Assembly: GCA_951406725.2 (NCBI GenBank)
Contig: OX597817.1
Location: forward strand, 89,466,001 to 89,530,000
DNA from: Octopus vulgaris
Taxonomy: Eukaryota
DNA length: 64,000 nt
Reading direction: 5' to 3'
The notes under the pieces are model-generated. The model did not search any database. It was not told the DNA's origin and saw only the letters and a program-made list of their open reading frames with translations. Made by a program: the position numbers and the translations under genes. Below, one piece after another: positions 14,726-28,520 of this stretch. Positions within the stretch are counted from its first letter, which is position 1; every line of letters starts with the position of its first letter.

Positions 14726-14792
14726 AATTATATATATATACCAGCGATGTCTTGCAACATCTGATGGTCTGGTCGGTCACGTGATCACGTGA
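14593..14792. repeat. ~52-bp inverted repeat arms around a (TA)n spacer
   Basis: tcacgtgatcacgtgaccgaccagaccatcagat…catcgctgg / ccagcgatg…atctgatggtctggtcggtcacgtgatcacgtga. Confidence 0.9.
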
Positions 14793-14904
14793 TATATATA
14801 TATGTATATAAAAACATAGTAAATAGGGTAATAAAAATAAATAATTATCACCAGTGACCCAGCACAAAAGACGAATTAGTCATTAGACTATGCGTTATTC
14901 ATAT

Positions 14905-15362
14905 ATAAATACATTAAAAGGCCTCCAAATAAAGAAGCGAGTGCTAGATACACAAAATGGGGGTAAATTCATGAAATGGAATGGAAATCAAAAACGTTTA
15001 TTCTCTCAGCTAATCCTGTACTGCAGTTTCATCTTTTTTTTTTTGCAAATGAATAGAATTTATCTGCCAAGTCCAGAATCGTCAGCAGGAAGCCTTTATA
15101 ATCCGAGCTGTACATACCGTTGGAAGTACGTGCAAATCCAACGATCTGTATACTCTAACTTTTCAGACCAGTGCGCAGACGCAAATTATACCCGGCGAAC
15201 AGAGAGGATGCCGGTAAAATTCTATTCATTTGCTAAAAAAAATGATGAAACTGCAGTACAGGATTAGTTGAGATGGTAAACGTTTTTGAATTTCATTCCA
15301 TTTCATGAATTTATCCCCTTTTTGTGTATCTAGCACTCGCTTCTTTATTTGGAGGCCTTTTA

Positions 15363-15370
<8 letters not shown>
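14905..15370 (-). mobile_element. Fold-back HHR-bearing element (~155-bp inverted arms)
   Basis: 14907-15062 is reverse complement of ~15215-15368; ends in (TA)n. Confidence 0.8.
15014..15090 (-). ncRNA. Type I hammerhead ribozyme, long stem II
   Basis: Minus: TCCTG-CTGACGA-TTCT..GCAGAT..ATTTGC..AGAT-GAAA-CTGCAG-TA-CAGGA; canonical core, palindromic stem III, first stem II pair mismatched. Confidence 0.75.
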
Positions 15371-15420
<50 letters not shown>

Positions 15421-15857
15421 GAGTAATGAGTATTAATGTTCTTTATATATTCTTAAAGAAATTTTATTCACTTAGTTCGTTTTTCTCAATGCAGCTTGGG
15501 CATTGAAACGAATACAGGCATTAGCACATGGGTTTGTTACTAGTAGACTTGGCTGAAGAAAATCAAGTGTCTTTTGGCGCTAAATTCGAAATCATGATAT
15601 CAGGTTAACTGGCATTGCTCCTTGCAATCCTCATTCACTTAGTCTTTTTCCAACCATGTCTGTGTTAATTTTTGTGGCTTCGGAGTACTTTGACTCATAT
15701 TTCTAGCAGAGCTGGTGCATCAATAATGCCCTTGTTATACATAATTCTTATATGTATGTATATATGTATGTATGTATGTATATGAATGTATACACGGAAG
15801 ATTCGCAAGCTATGAAACATACACACACACATACACACACATGTGTATATATATGTA

Positions 15858-15923
<66 letters not shown>

Positions 15924-17708
15924 TCTACAGTGATATACATCCATATATATACATATATACTCATATATACATATTCATACGTACACATGTATACACATAA
16001 CCACGCACACACATGTACATATATATATAATTAAAATATTCATATACAAATACATGATGTATGTGTGCGTACATGTGTTCGCGCGTGTACGTAAAAACTG
16101 TGCCTAACACCATATATTTATAGTTAATAAACAAACATTCAGTATAGTTATGTCAATACACGTCGTGATCAAACCAGAGGCTTCTCTGCAGGACGAATCT
16201 AAGAGGAGCTCAACTAATTTTGATTAGTTACTAGCGTATTGCCGGTAGTGTCTGTTCGTTTATTCCTACTGAGGGAACGAAGATCTAATTACAGAGAGGG
16301 CTGGATGTACTCTTAATAAACATACAAGTCTGAACATAGGCTCAATGTAGCCAGACATCGTTGTCACGGTATTTTTACTTTGGTTATATATATATAAATA
16401 TATATTACCAGACTGCCCTCCAGGCGGTTTCCTGCTACTCGCTAAATGGAATTTACATATTTGATTCCCAATTTCAGTAATTTCTTTTACGTGTTATGTC
16501 TAATTTTCCTTTGTATCCTTTAATCGCCTATTAGTATTCACTCATTCAATAATTACAAAAATTTTATTATGGATGATTTTGTTTCCTCATTTCTTTATGA
16601 AATATGGATACATTTCACGAAAATGTCTACATATACGTTTCAGTTTTTGAAAATTACGATTACATCGTAATTATTTTTGATAAACGTTTTCGGAATGGAG
16701 AGTTTTGGATAATTCGCACGAGTTTGCCTTGTTTCCTCATTACCTTTAGAAAAGCTGCTAATTTTTAAATGAAATTTTCTGCAAATACCTTTCGGGTGGC
16801 GTAGATTACGACTAGGCGGGAATTTAACGAGGAAAGAAAAAAGAAAATGGGCGAGTGGGGGTGGGGCAATATTTCAAGCTTCACTCCTTTGTTTCTTCAT
16901 ACAGTATCATGCACTGTGTCACACTGAATTCTGTTTCAGAGTTAAGTTGAGGGTACACGGGCATGGGATACTCAGCCACTTACACTTCAATTCAAGAATA
17001 AATAATTCAGTTGACCGAATAAATGAGCCTTCATCATCGAATGACGGAGATCGAACCGTCAACCAGCCCCACCACACACGTATATATACATACATGTGTG
17101 TACGTGTGTGTGTGTGTGTGTGTGTGTGTGGCCGTTTATATCCGTCTGGTGTGACAACCGGTACACTGAACAGAAATGCTTTGCAATATCTAAGTCCAGC
17201 TGGAGCATTTCCCATCACGTTATTACGAGATCAATAAAATAAGTACTAGTCAAAGTATTTTAGTCAATATAATCGATTAAATTATATTTGAAAGCAACAC
17301 TCCAGCATGGTCACCGTGCACTGGCTGAAAGTAATAAAAAAATGAAAGAATATTACGAAGAAACACATACACATAAACACGCACACACACAGACACACAC
17401 AAACACATACACACACATGCCCATATATTTATGAGATATACGTGTGTGTGTGTCTATACATGTATATGGCGCCATTTTTTTCATAATTATGTTGGTGGAA
17501 GACATTTTGTTGATATTCTCATCCAATTTTTTCTTTGTTATTTTTTTCCTTTTTATTTTTTCAAAAAATGTGGAGATAAAACGATACAATTTGACGAGAC
17601 TCCCTCATCAGATTAAACAACTACAACAACAACGGTATTGATGATGATGATGGTGATGACGATAATGATGATGATAATTGATAGATGACGATGATGATGA
17701 TAACAATG

Positions 17709-17767
<59 letters not shown>

Positions 17768-18932
17768 GATGATGATGATGATGTTAATGATAAATAAATA
17801 AATAAATATAATGGGAAAAAATGAAGATTTCAGAATCGGGACAAAGAAAATATTTGTCCTTTGTCATAACGACGCCATTTTCTGTTTTGGCTTCATCGGT
17901 GTTTTTGTTTTTGTTGCTGTTGTTTTGTTATTGGTGGTGGTTTTGTTTCTGCTTTCTATTTCTGTATGGCTTTCGTGTTGGAAGTGAAACTAGGAGTGGG
18001 GTTGACAGTTGGAGTGAAGTTATATGGAGGTGATGGCGTTGGTAGTAGTGAGAGTGGGGTGTAAGAAGAAGACGTGTTTGGTGAAGGAAGTGTGTGTTTA
18101 TGATGGAGATAGTGGCGATGTCCTATTCTTTGTAGTTCTTCATCCGAATACACTTCAAACTCACGGGTCCATTCTGGAATGAAAGAATGAATAATAAAAC
18201 AAATAAAGGGATCAGTTAATCTAGAACAACAATCAGACCCCCATTCACACTCTCCTTTCTGCACTCTCTCTCTCTCTCTTTCTCTTTTCTCTCCTTCACC
18301 GTCTGTCCTCTCATCTCTTCCTTTTCTCTCTTTATGTCAAAAACTAACCGATTTATCGATTGATCCATTCGAAAATGTTCCTTTAAACAACCAATAAAAA
18401 AAGAAAGAAAAAGAAAAAGTGAAAAACATTTTACAACAACAGTAACAACGATAATTATAACCACCACCACCACCAAAACAACAACAACAACAGCTTCTAC
18501 CACATCACTACGCCCGCCAACAACAACCAGACCAACAATGATATTAACTGCAACAACAAACAAATATCTATAAACGGAAAGCCAAAAAATGAAAGACAAG
18601 AAGAAAACAAGAACAAAGAATATGGGTGCGTTCTTAAGGAAATGACCAAGTCTTGGAGAATTCTTCGGTATTTGAAGTCTTATCGAAGTTTTACAGTCTT
18701 CTCTAGAGGAAACATAACTGCTTGTCTGATACTGCTGCTGCTGTTGCTGTTAATAATGACACATTTACAAACATGCGCATTGTACATATATTCGCACACA
18801 TATGTAGATATCTAGACATGTATATAAGTGAGCCTAAATACATATACATATATCCATACATACATAGATGCATACTATATATATGCTTGTGTGTGTTTGT
18901 GTGCGTTTGTACGAACATTTAATCTATAATCA

Positions 18933-18985
18933 CTGGTTCGACAAAATATATTTTGTTTCACCTATGGTCCTATGGCTCGGAACAG
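18933..18985 (-). ncRNA. Decayed HHR relic (core apparently deleted to CGA)
   Basis: Minus: GTTC-CGA-GCC..GGT-GAAA-CAAAATATATTTTG-TC-GAAC; next to (TA)n. Confidence 0.4.
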
Positions 18986-18991
18986 TCGTAG

Positions 18992-19078
<87 letters not shown>

Positions 19079-19789
19079 TGTTTTTTCCAGTGTTTACAAA
19101 TAACACAGAAAAAAATAAATAAACAGTTACCAGGGAGCAATAATTCATACTAGTAACAAGGATGTAATATTCTTTTTATAAAGGTAGAGGCTCCAGGTTT
19201 AGGTGAAATGTTTTGTATAATATTGATAAATAAATAGATGGAATTAAACGCAGCTGTTATTCATATATATATATGTATAAATTCTGTACGACTCTCTTTA
19301 CTTTGGCCCCTTTCACACTTTCTTCGTTCCTTTTTGTCACTCCCACCCATCTCACATTTCTTGGCATTTCCTTCATTCTCATCATTTTCCCTCCTCCTTT
19401 ACCTCTATCGCTTTCCTTTTTTCTCTCATTCTCGTCCCTCCCTAATTCTTCAATCCTTCTATCCACTACCTCTCTCCTCTCCTTCCACGTGACCGGTGTT
19501 CGGCCAAGCCTGACTTTTCTTTCTTGGTTCGACTACCATCCGTGCAGCATCTCTCGTATTTCTTCCCATGACATTCATCTGCTATGTTCCTGCCGTAAGG
19601 CTTCATTTCCACACACGCCAGCTTAATTTAATTCGTCCTTAGTCGAATGACACCTGTTGTTTTTTATTTGTAATTGTGTACCATTTCTCCGTTTGCTTCC
19701 TTTTTGTCCTTGTTTCGTATACATTCGCTTGCTTTCTTCCGAAGAATCTAGTACTCTTAGCTAAGATTTCCTAGGGGCCAGCCAGATTA

Positions 19790-20110
19790 GAGCAGTATTG
19801 AGATCAACTGACTGGAAGACAATGCCTGTCTTCGCCACAGATGGAGGAAGCAGGTTAAGGAGGGGGTCAACACTTTTGAGAGAGCACGTATTCTACATGA
19901 AAAACTTAAGCGTGCTGCTCGAAAGTGCACTGCTAGTGTAGTGAATGGGGAAAGCTTGGTTTTCAATGTTTGCAGCCGTGTATGCTTGTCAAGAGTAGGG
20001 CTCATTAGCCACCAACGGAACCGCAAATGCAAAATATAAGTTAGCCCTAGAGCGCACGATGTTCCTGAAGGTCAGCAATGGTCTTCCTCGGTCACGAGTG
20101 AACGGCATTC
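19790..20110 (+). mobile_element. RTE-clade LINE 3' end
   Basis: RHRWRKQVKEGVNTFE…VCSRVCLSRVGLISHQR; same family as 57790-58490. Confidence 0.75.
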
Positions 20111-20321
20111 ATATATGTATATATATACATACATACTTATACAATGGTGAAGGGACAAACAGAGACACAATGACACACACACACATACGAGGGGCTACTT
20201 TCAGCTTCTGTTTCTCCCAAACATACTCACAAGGCTATAGTAGAAGATACCAGCCCAAAGTACCACGCAGTGGGACTGAAGCCGGAACCATGTGTTTGGG
20301 AAGCACCTATATATATATATG

Positions 20322-20625
20322 TTTTGCTTGTTCCTTCTCGAGCCATACCTGGCTCATAACGGCCGGTTTCCCGGTTTCATTGGCGTATAGGTTCTCACCT
20401 GGACGAGACGCCGGTCCGTCGCAGGTGGGCTGCTAGATGCAGGAGGAAAGCATGAGAGAAAGTTGTGGCGAAAGAGTCAGCAGATGTTCGCCATCACCTT
20501 CTGCCGGAGTCGCATGGAGCTTAGGTATTTCGCTCATAAACACACACATGGCCCGGTCTGAGATTCGAACCCACGATTCTTCGACCGCGAGTCCGCTGTT
20601 CTAACCACTAGGCCATGTGCCTCTA
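20322..20625 (-). mobile_element. tRNA-derived SINE (family C)
   Basis: Minus head ggcacatggcctagtggttagaacagcggactcgcggtcgaagaatcgtgggttcgaatc (A/B boxes); near-identical to 37424-37715; preceded by a family-A fragment 20188-20308. Confidence 0.85.
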
Positions 20626-20648
20626 CACCTATATACATGCATGCATAC

Positions 20649-20683
<35 letters not shown>

Positions 20684-21473
20684 TGTATGTATGTATGTAT
20701 GTATGTATGTATGTGTGTATGTATGTATGTATGTATGAATGTATGTATGTATGTATGTATGTATGTATGTATGTATGTATGTCAGCATGTATATATACAC
20801 ACACACATACATGTATGTATATAAAACAGCTATTCATTGTTAATAGGTTGCCGTTCATTATAGATATGAACGTGAATATGCTGGTCGATGTTGATTTTCA
20901 TCATCGGAGAGCGTTTTCTCCCTTTAGACTGTTCATAATACTTGTGATTCATTGACGTAAAGAAACTTTGAGACACCGCGTTTTTTCGACCTCGTTCTGT
21001 TTCTCTTCAATCAAAGGTACTATGGATCAATAAACTAAACGAGAGCAGCGGCTTTTGATTCTAGAAATCAACAAACAAATTATTTGCTAATGCGTGCTGA
21101 TGTCTGTCAAACCGGTCATAATTCATTGGGAGCAGGCAAAACAGCAAGAATATAAATAATAATGTATCTATTTGTTCTGCATACAATTTGTTAATAGATT
21201 CTACCATCATTGTTCAACAACGCAATTTAGGTTTTGCTAACAACAAATCATATAGATGTTATATTTTGGAAACTCAATAAATGAAAACTACCCATGTACT
21301 TGTGCTATTATTGGTAGAAACATGAAATTGAGAGCCTGAAAGCTAAATTGGAGACAGAAAATTCTCAGTTGCTGTAGTTTGCAAAAGAAAATTATTAATG
21401 ATTAGACTCTCTAATATCTTTTCTTATATGTCTGAGCGCCAAATTTACTCGCACAGACTTACACTCATATGCC

Positions 21474-21970
21474 TCTATATATCTATTATATAAAATCCGT
21501 TCTGTCTATCTGTGTGTGTGTGTCTTCTAGGATCTCGGGCATCCTCCATCCGATTGAGTTCAAATTGAATATGTAGACACCGACGCTATCAGGGCGTGTA
21601 TGAGTCTTGACAAAAATGACAAAAATCGATTCCAGGTGAGAATGCGATCGATAAAGCCGCGAGAACGTGCATTTGTACGCGCAAGTATATCGTTGTTGCG
21701 ATCTATACTACGCGTACGCGAGAACAATGCACGTGCAGTTTGCGCAAAAAAGCCAGCTGGCTTGAAATAATGGCACGAAATGCAGTATATAGTATTTTGC
21801 ATATTTCTGTGAATAAAATCGTTTTTCTTTGGAATAGGAAAAAGTCTATCTTTTTTTCTTCTTTTGATGGTGTCTCAAATTTAGGTTAAATCAGTGTTTC
21901 CCAAAGGGGAGGCCTATGGTTTAAATGTTTGACAACTCAGCACCGTCCATTGGACGGGGACGTTTTGCTC
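21474..21970 (+). mobile_element. Non-autonomous Helitron-like element
   Basis: TCTAT..TATAAAA start, subterminal hairpin ccgtccattggacgg followed by ttgct; inverted partial copy at 63578-63780. Confidence 0.6.
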
Positions 21971-22111
21971 TTATACATATATACAAGCATATTCTGACAA
22001 AAGGCAGAATGTTAAGAAAAAAAAAACATCATATTGAACCGTTAATCCCTACACATGTTTTCTCTCTCCGTTTTCTTTTCATTCTCTCTCCATTACAAAC
22101 ATACATACATG

Positions 22112-22350
22112 TAGAGGCGCGTAGATTAGTGGTTAAGGTGTTGGACTCATGATCGTAAGATTTTGGTTTCGATTCCTGGACTGGGGGATACGTTGTATTC
22201 TTGAGCAAAGTACTTCATTTCACGTTGCTACAGTTCACTCAGCTGGCAAATATTAGTAACCCAGCAACGGCTCGGCGTCCCGTCCAGGTGGGGAATATAT
22301 ACGCCAATGAGACCGGGAAACCGGCCCTTATGAGCCTAGCATGGCTGTAG
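22112..22350 (+). mobile_element. tRNA-derived SINE (family C-related)
   Basis: tagtggttaaggtgttggactc…gtttcgattcc head; tail gggaaaccggcccttatgagcc shared with family C. Confidence 0.75.
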
Positions 22351-22551
22351 AAGGATAAAAATACATATATACATACATACGTATACATATATACATATAT
22401 ATACATATATACACCCATGCCTTTTACACACATCAAAACATGCATATAGAGCGAGACACAAAGTTATATATATGTACGAAAACACATACATGCACGAACG
22501 TAAAGCTACAGACAACGAATGCGCACACACATATACACATACAAACATGCA

Positions 22552-22615
<64 letters not shown>

Positions 22616-22974
22616 CGCACTAGTCAGACGATAGAAGCAAAATCATGCAAAGATATGCGTGTGCTAAAACCCAGAAAATAAAACAAACGCTTTCATTGTA
22701 TACAACAGGTCGGATATTTTTTTAAGATATCAATGAAGCTATAGACTCCCCCGAAATGGGTGGGGTTTGAAAGTTGGCTGGTGGCGACATATTCATCTTG
22801 GCAATAATGATAAAGGTACCTCTGTGAAAGGTGATTGTTTGCAGTCATTGTCATGAGATCCGATTTGGTTACACTCATTATATAAATGTAGGTACATTGT
22901 CAGTAACATTTCAAACTTTTCCTAAATATTATGATAGCAATAACGATGATAATGATGACGATGATGATGATGAT

Positions 22975-23166
22975 TTCCAGTATTGGCACAAGGCCTAAAA
23001 TTTAAGGGGGAGTGGGCTAGTGATTGATTGCTACTTATTTTATCGACTCTGATAGGATGAAAGGCAAAGGCAACCTCGACAGAGTTTGAATTAAGAACGT
23101 AAACACAGACGAAATGCCGCCCATTATTTCGTCCGGCATACTAACGATTCTTCGAGCTCATCGCCT
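22975..23166 (-). mobile_element. SINE (family B), diverged
   Basis: Matches 34630-34860 (aggatgaaaggcaaag…gacgaaatgccg…ctcatcgcctt). Confidence 0.75.
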
Positions 23167-23169
23167 TAA

Positions 23170-23694
23170 TAATGTAGAAAGCTAGGATTTGACCATACTG
23201 GTAAATGGTATGAACATGAACCTAGTAAAGTACTAGAAAGTAAGAAGTATAAGACGTTGTGAGACTTTAACATTAAGACAGACAGAGCAATAGAAGCTAG
23301 AAAGCCTAATTTGGTAGCAGTAGATGAAGAGATTAGAAAGTGCCAAATAATTGACTGCACAGTCCGAAATGATGAAAAATCAATATGAGAGGTATAGAAA
23401 AAATACCAAAGTACCAGGACCTAACCATTGAGTTACAGAGGCTATGGAAAGTGCGGGTGAAATGTATAGGTGCATTAGGAACTATCACTTACAGGTTCAT
23501 TAGGAACTATCCCTAAAGATTTGAATAGATGGCTAGAGGAAATAGGCATAAGACCCAGTTTAGTACAGATCCAGAAAACAGTGTTATTAGGGACAGCTAG
23601 GATACTTAAGGGGCTTCTTGGCATCTAAGGTTACTTGTAGCCCGATGTTACGATTTTTCTTTTCCAATAGTCTAATCTATTGAGTGTTTATGAA

Positions 23695-23695
<1 letters not shown>
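23170..23695 (+). mobile_element. R4/Dong-like RLE LINE 3' end running into (AAT)n
   Basis: KWYEHEP…DFNIKTDRAIEARKPNLV…KYQDL…IGALG…QKTVLLGTARIL. Confidence 0.8.
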
Positions 23696-23741
<46 letters not shown>

Positions 23742-23867
23742 TGATGATGATGATGATGATAATAATAATAATAATAATAATGATAATAATAATAATAATA
23801 ATAATAATAACATTAATAATAATGATAACATTAATAATAATAATAACATTAATAATAATAATAATAG

Positions 23868-23943
<76 letters not shown>

Positions 23944-23947
23944 TAAC

Positions 23948-24000
<53 letters not shown>
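23696..24000. repeat. (AAT)n/(GAT)n microsatellite
   Basis: Direct reading. Confidence 0.95.
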
Positions 24001-24001
<1 letters not shown>

Positions 24002-24884
24002 CTACCTGAAAGACTGAGGACCGGGTGTTAAAACTTGTCTCAAAACATGAAAACAAGAAAGCCTCATACAATGGCTAATGGCCTCTGGCTTAAAATCTGA
24101 AAAAGAATGGTTTATCATAGCAGCTCAAGATCAATGCTTACTAACAAGGAACTACCAGGCCAACATATTAAAGAACGGCAGTAGCCCAACATGTCGTATA
24201 TGTCAACAACAAAATAAAACCATTGATCATGTTGTCTCCAAGTGCAGTTTTCTTGCGCCTACAGAGTATCTCAACTGGCATGATAGAGCTACACAATATA
24301 TTCACTGGGTAATTTGCAAAAGTCTGGACTTGCCCCATGATAAAAACTGGTGGGAACACAAACCACCTCCAGTACTTGAAAATCTCACTCCTCACTCCTC
24401 TGGAACTTCACCATTCAAACTGACAGAAAGATAGATGCGAATAGGCCAGAAATCATATTGAAAGACTTCAGACAAAGAACATGCCTCCTCATTGATATGA
24501 CTGTCCCAATCGATATAAACGTATCTGTCAAGACCTACCAAAAACTGAGCAAATATAAAGATCTGGAAATAGAAATTAGCAAAATATGGAACCTGAAGAC
24601 TAAAACAATACCTGTTGTCATAGGTGCCCTGGGAATGATAGCGAAAGGGGCTGATTGCTACTGCTCATATTCTACGCAAAATATTTTCTATGTAATCTCA
24701 AGTTTTGAAACAAACATAATTTTCTTATGATTTCTAAAACATTCTCTAGAACAACACTATGTACAAAACCAAATATATGGTACCCTAAACATAACACCAA
24801 CATGAACTTCCAACTTGTCTCTTGAAGTCCCTGAGTGAGACTTGGAGCCAGCTTGTACAAATGTAAAGCAAAAGTCAAAAATAA

Positions 24885-24885
<1 letters not shown>
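24001..24885 (+). mobile_element. R4/Dong-like RLE LINE 3' fragment
   Basis: IIAAQDQ…CRIC…HVVSKC…WHD…RPEI…LLID…KYKDL…PVVIGALG; frameshifted; (AAT)n at both ends. Confidence 0.88.
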
Positions 24886-24981
<96 letters not shown>

Positions 24982-24984
24982 TTA

Positions 24985-25340
24985 CAAGTAACTGCAGAAT
25001 ATGTGAGATGGACAAGAAACAATAAATCATATTATCTCTAGCTGCCCAGTCTTGGCTAAGAAGGAATATATTCACAGACATGACAGAGTTGGAACCTACA
25101 TACATTGGAAGCTATGCCAACATTATGGAATAACAACAGAAAAAAGATGGTATAGGCACACACCAGAAAAGGTCACAGAAAACGAGAAAGCAACCATACT
25201 CTGGGATATGCCGATACACACAGATAGAGAAATTAAGGCCAACAGACCAGATATAGTTGTCAGAGATCATGAAGAAAAAAATGCTTTCTAATTGATGTAT
25301 CAATACCGGCTGATGACAACGTGTCTCTAAAAGAAATTGA
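24985..25340 (+). mobile_element. R4/Dong-like RLE LINE fragment
   Basis: EYIHRHDRVG…ILWDMPIHTDREIKANRPDIVV; starts in (AAT)n, cut off at the Tx1 boundary. Confidence 0.85.
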
Positions 25341-28300
25341 TAGCAGATGGACTGTCTGACGAGCGGAAGATTTCCGTTTCATAGGAAGTGGAAGAGTGAG
25401 GGACCACGGTCAGGCGTTAGTAGATGACGGAAACAATGTACGCATTCGCCACTTCCACCCGATCCACCAAGGACAGCTTCCTCTCTGCCCATTTCTGGGT
25501 AAGATTGGCTACCCTGCTCGCCCCCCCCCAGTTTTTGTCCACCTGGAGGTCTGAACCAAACCAGATACCGAGCAATTTAACTGGTCATTCCATCCAGTTG
25601 TGGTGGACGTCTGCCAAGAGACCACCGAACAAGTCTGGCATACGAAAATAGAGCTAGAAGGGTAGACCATCCCACCCCGGAGACTTCTCTCTTGCGCAGG
25701 CCTTCATCGCGTCCCTTATATCTTCGGCTGTTATCGGCAATTTGCAGAACTCTGCAACCCTGGCCAAGACACATGGCATGCCACTGAGATAGGAGGTGGA
25801 ATCCACCACCATCCCAGAGCCACCGCGCGCCTTATATAGTTCGGCGAAGTACCGCTGAAATTCCGCACACATCTGCTTGGACTCGGTTATCATGCGCCCA
25901 TCACAGCTCGCACAAAGCGCTTCTGTCACCAGGGCCCATCGAACGCATTTCGTTCCTTCCGTCTCAGTGCACATGCCTTAGTTTTGACAAGGCAATGTTC
26001 GTGCTTGGCATTGAAGAATTGACCAAGAACCAATCTCGCCGCTAGCACATCGGTCACTATGCCTTTCCTAAGCGCCCATTCTAGCTTCCTAACTCTATCT
26101 TATATTCCTCTAACGCTATTTCCTTTCTAAAATCTACCGCCTCAACACTAGTAGCCCTTTTCAAGGCTATCCACCAACGGCTGATGACGATTATCCCCAC
26201 CAACTCTCGATGGACTAACTTGCTAACCCGGTCTCTGAAAGCTTGGTGCACTGGGAAGGACGCGCTCAGCTTCCAGTATCTGAGGCCCAGTCCATGGTTC
26301 CTATGTCGACCGTACAGATCACAAATGTATGGCCCGTGTAGCCGACGACCTTGAAACGTGGACAACTTATACTACTTCTATCTAAAGGCCTACAAAATAC
26401 TCTATCTAGATACGATCTGGAAGACCCGAAGCAGTTCGCCCATGTCCACAATGGCGCATCCGGGAAATCCAGTCGGTACCTGTCAGCCAACTGGAAGCGG
26501 CTGAGCAGGGTTGTGGGACTTTTACTCCCCCTTCCCTATCTGCTTTATCCAGGCGTGCATCCAAGACGGCGTTCCAGTAACATTAAAGAGCGTGACGTCC
26601 TTAGGAAACCTCCAAACGTCTGAAGAAATGTTGCTGCTCCACTCCCGTGGAGGGGTAAACGGTGACTAGTCTAAAATCCCCTCCTTCACTTTCGCTCACG
26701 TCCAGTACTACCAGCTTAACCTCCGGGTCCAGGAAGATTGTCCGAACTTCGAGATCCAGGACTTTCCTAAACAGCACTGCCACCCTGCCTCCCATTTCGG
26801 GCCAACTAAGAGTTGCGTAGATCTCTTAATCGTCAAAAATGGGTACAAGATTGCGAGTGTCGGAAATCCTGGTTTCTCTGGCTGCTATCACATCCAAACC
26901 TAGCCACCTGAGGTCACTGAGCAAGCGACTTTGCTTCCAGGGTGACCTCAGGTCGTGAACATTTATGCAGCCCACTCTGACAATTGCCGTGACGGTTCGA
27001 AATGGTTGAGGAAAAGAAAAAATGCAGGGTTACTTACTCTCCTGGAGCTGGGCTCCGGATCTGGTTCGTCTGAGAAATCAGCTAAAAGCCTCTTGGTGGT
27101 GTAGACGTTTCTCCTTCCTACGCCATGCAGGAAGTCCCTCTGAATTTCTTTGTATACTTTGAGAGGTAACTGCATTAAATGATCCGGAACCCTAGGGGCG
27201 GTGGTGTCATAAATTGCACCTTCTCTCACAATTTGCTTGTATTTGGCTATGAGCGCCAACAAATTTTTGTTGACTCTCCTCACGAGTACATAACTCGGTG
27301 TTTCCGTATTGACTGTTAGCTCTTTTTTGTGGGGGGTGGCTACGTGTGGTTGTTAGTGCATTGGTGGATTTGGTTGGCGTAATGGTTATTTTGGGGATGG
27401 TAGTTGTTTTTGTTGTGTCTATGTTCAATGAGTTAAAGTTTTCTGTTTTCAGGTGTTTGTGTAGGTTCTTTTATTTTCTGTTTCCTTTGCCATTTTCATT
27501 TTTTCTTTATTTTGTGGGGATCTTCCTTGTCTTCATTACGGGATGAGTAGTGGCTAGTGTCTGCATGGTCTGTCTCGGAGAGTGTAAGTGTGCCTGTGAT
27601 AGTGTAAGCGTGCTTGTGTTAGTATATGCTTGAGAGAGGGGGTGAGAAGGGGCTGGTTTGACAGATACCCTGGGTTTTCCCCATTGTATGGGGCTCACAT
27701 GCCTCTGTTGTTGTTGGTGTTGAAGCTGAAGTTCTATTAAAAGGTCTCTGTTGTTGGGGGGTACCCTGCAGGCTGCAGGTTTGACCGCATACCTCCCGAT
27801 TTTTGGAGGCAGCAGGCTCTGAGGTGGCTTGTGACCCCACAGGTGTCACATCTGGGCATCCTGCCTTCCACGACGACAGTTACACCCCACTGGGCATCTG
27901 GATCAGGTCCGGGATCTTCACGATATATCTGGTTTCACATGGATTAATATCTCCAAGTTGATTCTGCACTAGGGTCCATGTTACTCCTTTTTTGCCTCCA
28001 GGAGTGACTCTGGGTCCTGCACTGCACAGGCAACGATCCACTAGACGTTTACAGCTGGTGACACACCGTTTACCCTAATTCTCATCGTTCTCTTCGAGAG
28101 AGATAGCAGGGATACAGGACCCACTCCTCAGTCCACCGGGATGACACTGGGTGTCTTCGGACGACGTCCTCACTTTTAAAGAGAACCTCAATGCTGGCAA
28201 ACTGCCTCCCTCTTTGTATGTGAACCACATCTATTAAAATTTTGCCGAGGGCCTTCTCGACGTGACTGATGGAAGCTATTTCGGATCTTCCACTTTTCCG

Positions 28301-28520
28301 TGATACCCATTTAAAATATACTATCTTTTTTTCTTTTGCCTCTATTATTTCGGGAGGTACGAAACTTTGATGATGTCTTCTGCCTTTGAAAGTTCTCGAA
28401 TTTTGTCCTCGAGAGGGATTGTAAACATTTCTTTCTTTGTGTTTGCTACATCAGCAAACCTCTTGTTTTTGTTATTGTTTTTGTTGTTGATGTTGTCGAC
28501 GTTACTATTGTTGTTGTTGT
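25341..28520 (-). mobile_element. L1/Tx1-type LINE, decayed (ORF1 region + APE endonuclease + start of RT)
   Basis: NVHDLRSPWKQ…DVIAARETR, GGRVAVL, WTWAN…RSYLDRVF, YWKLSAS, REKSPGWDGLPF; many stops/frameshifts; 5' boundary approximate. Confidence 0.85.
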
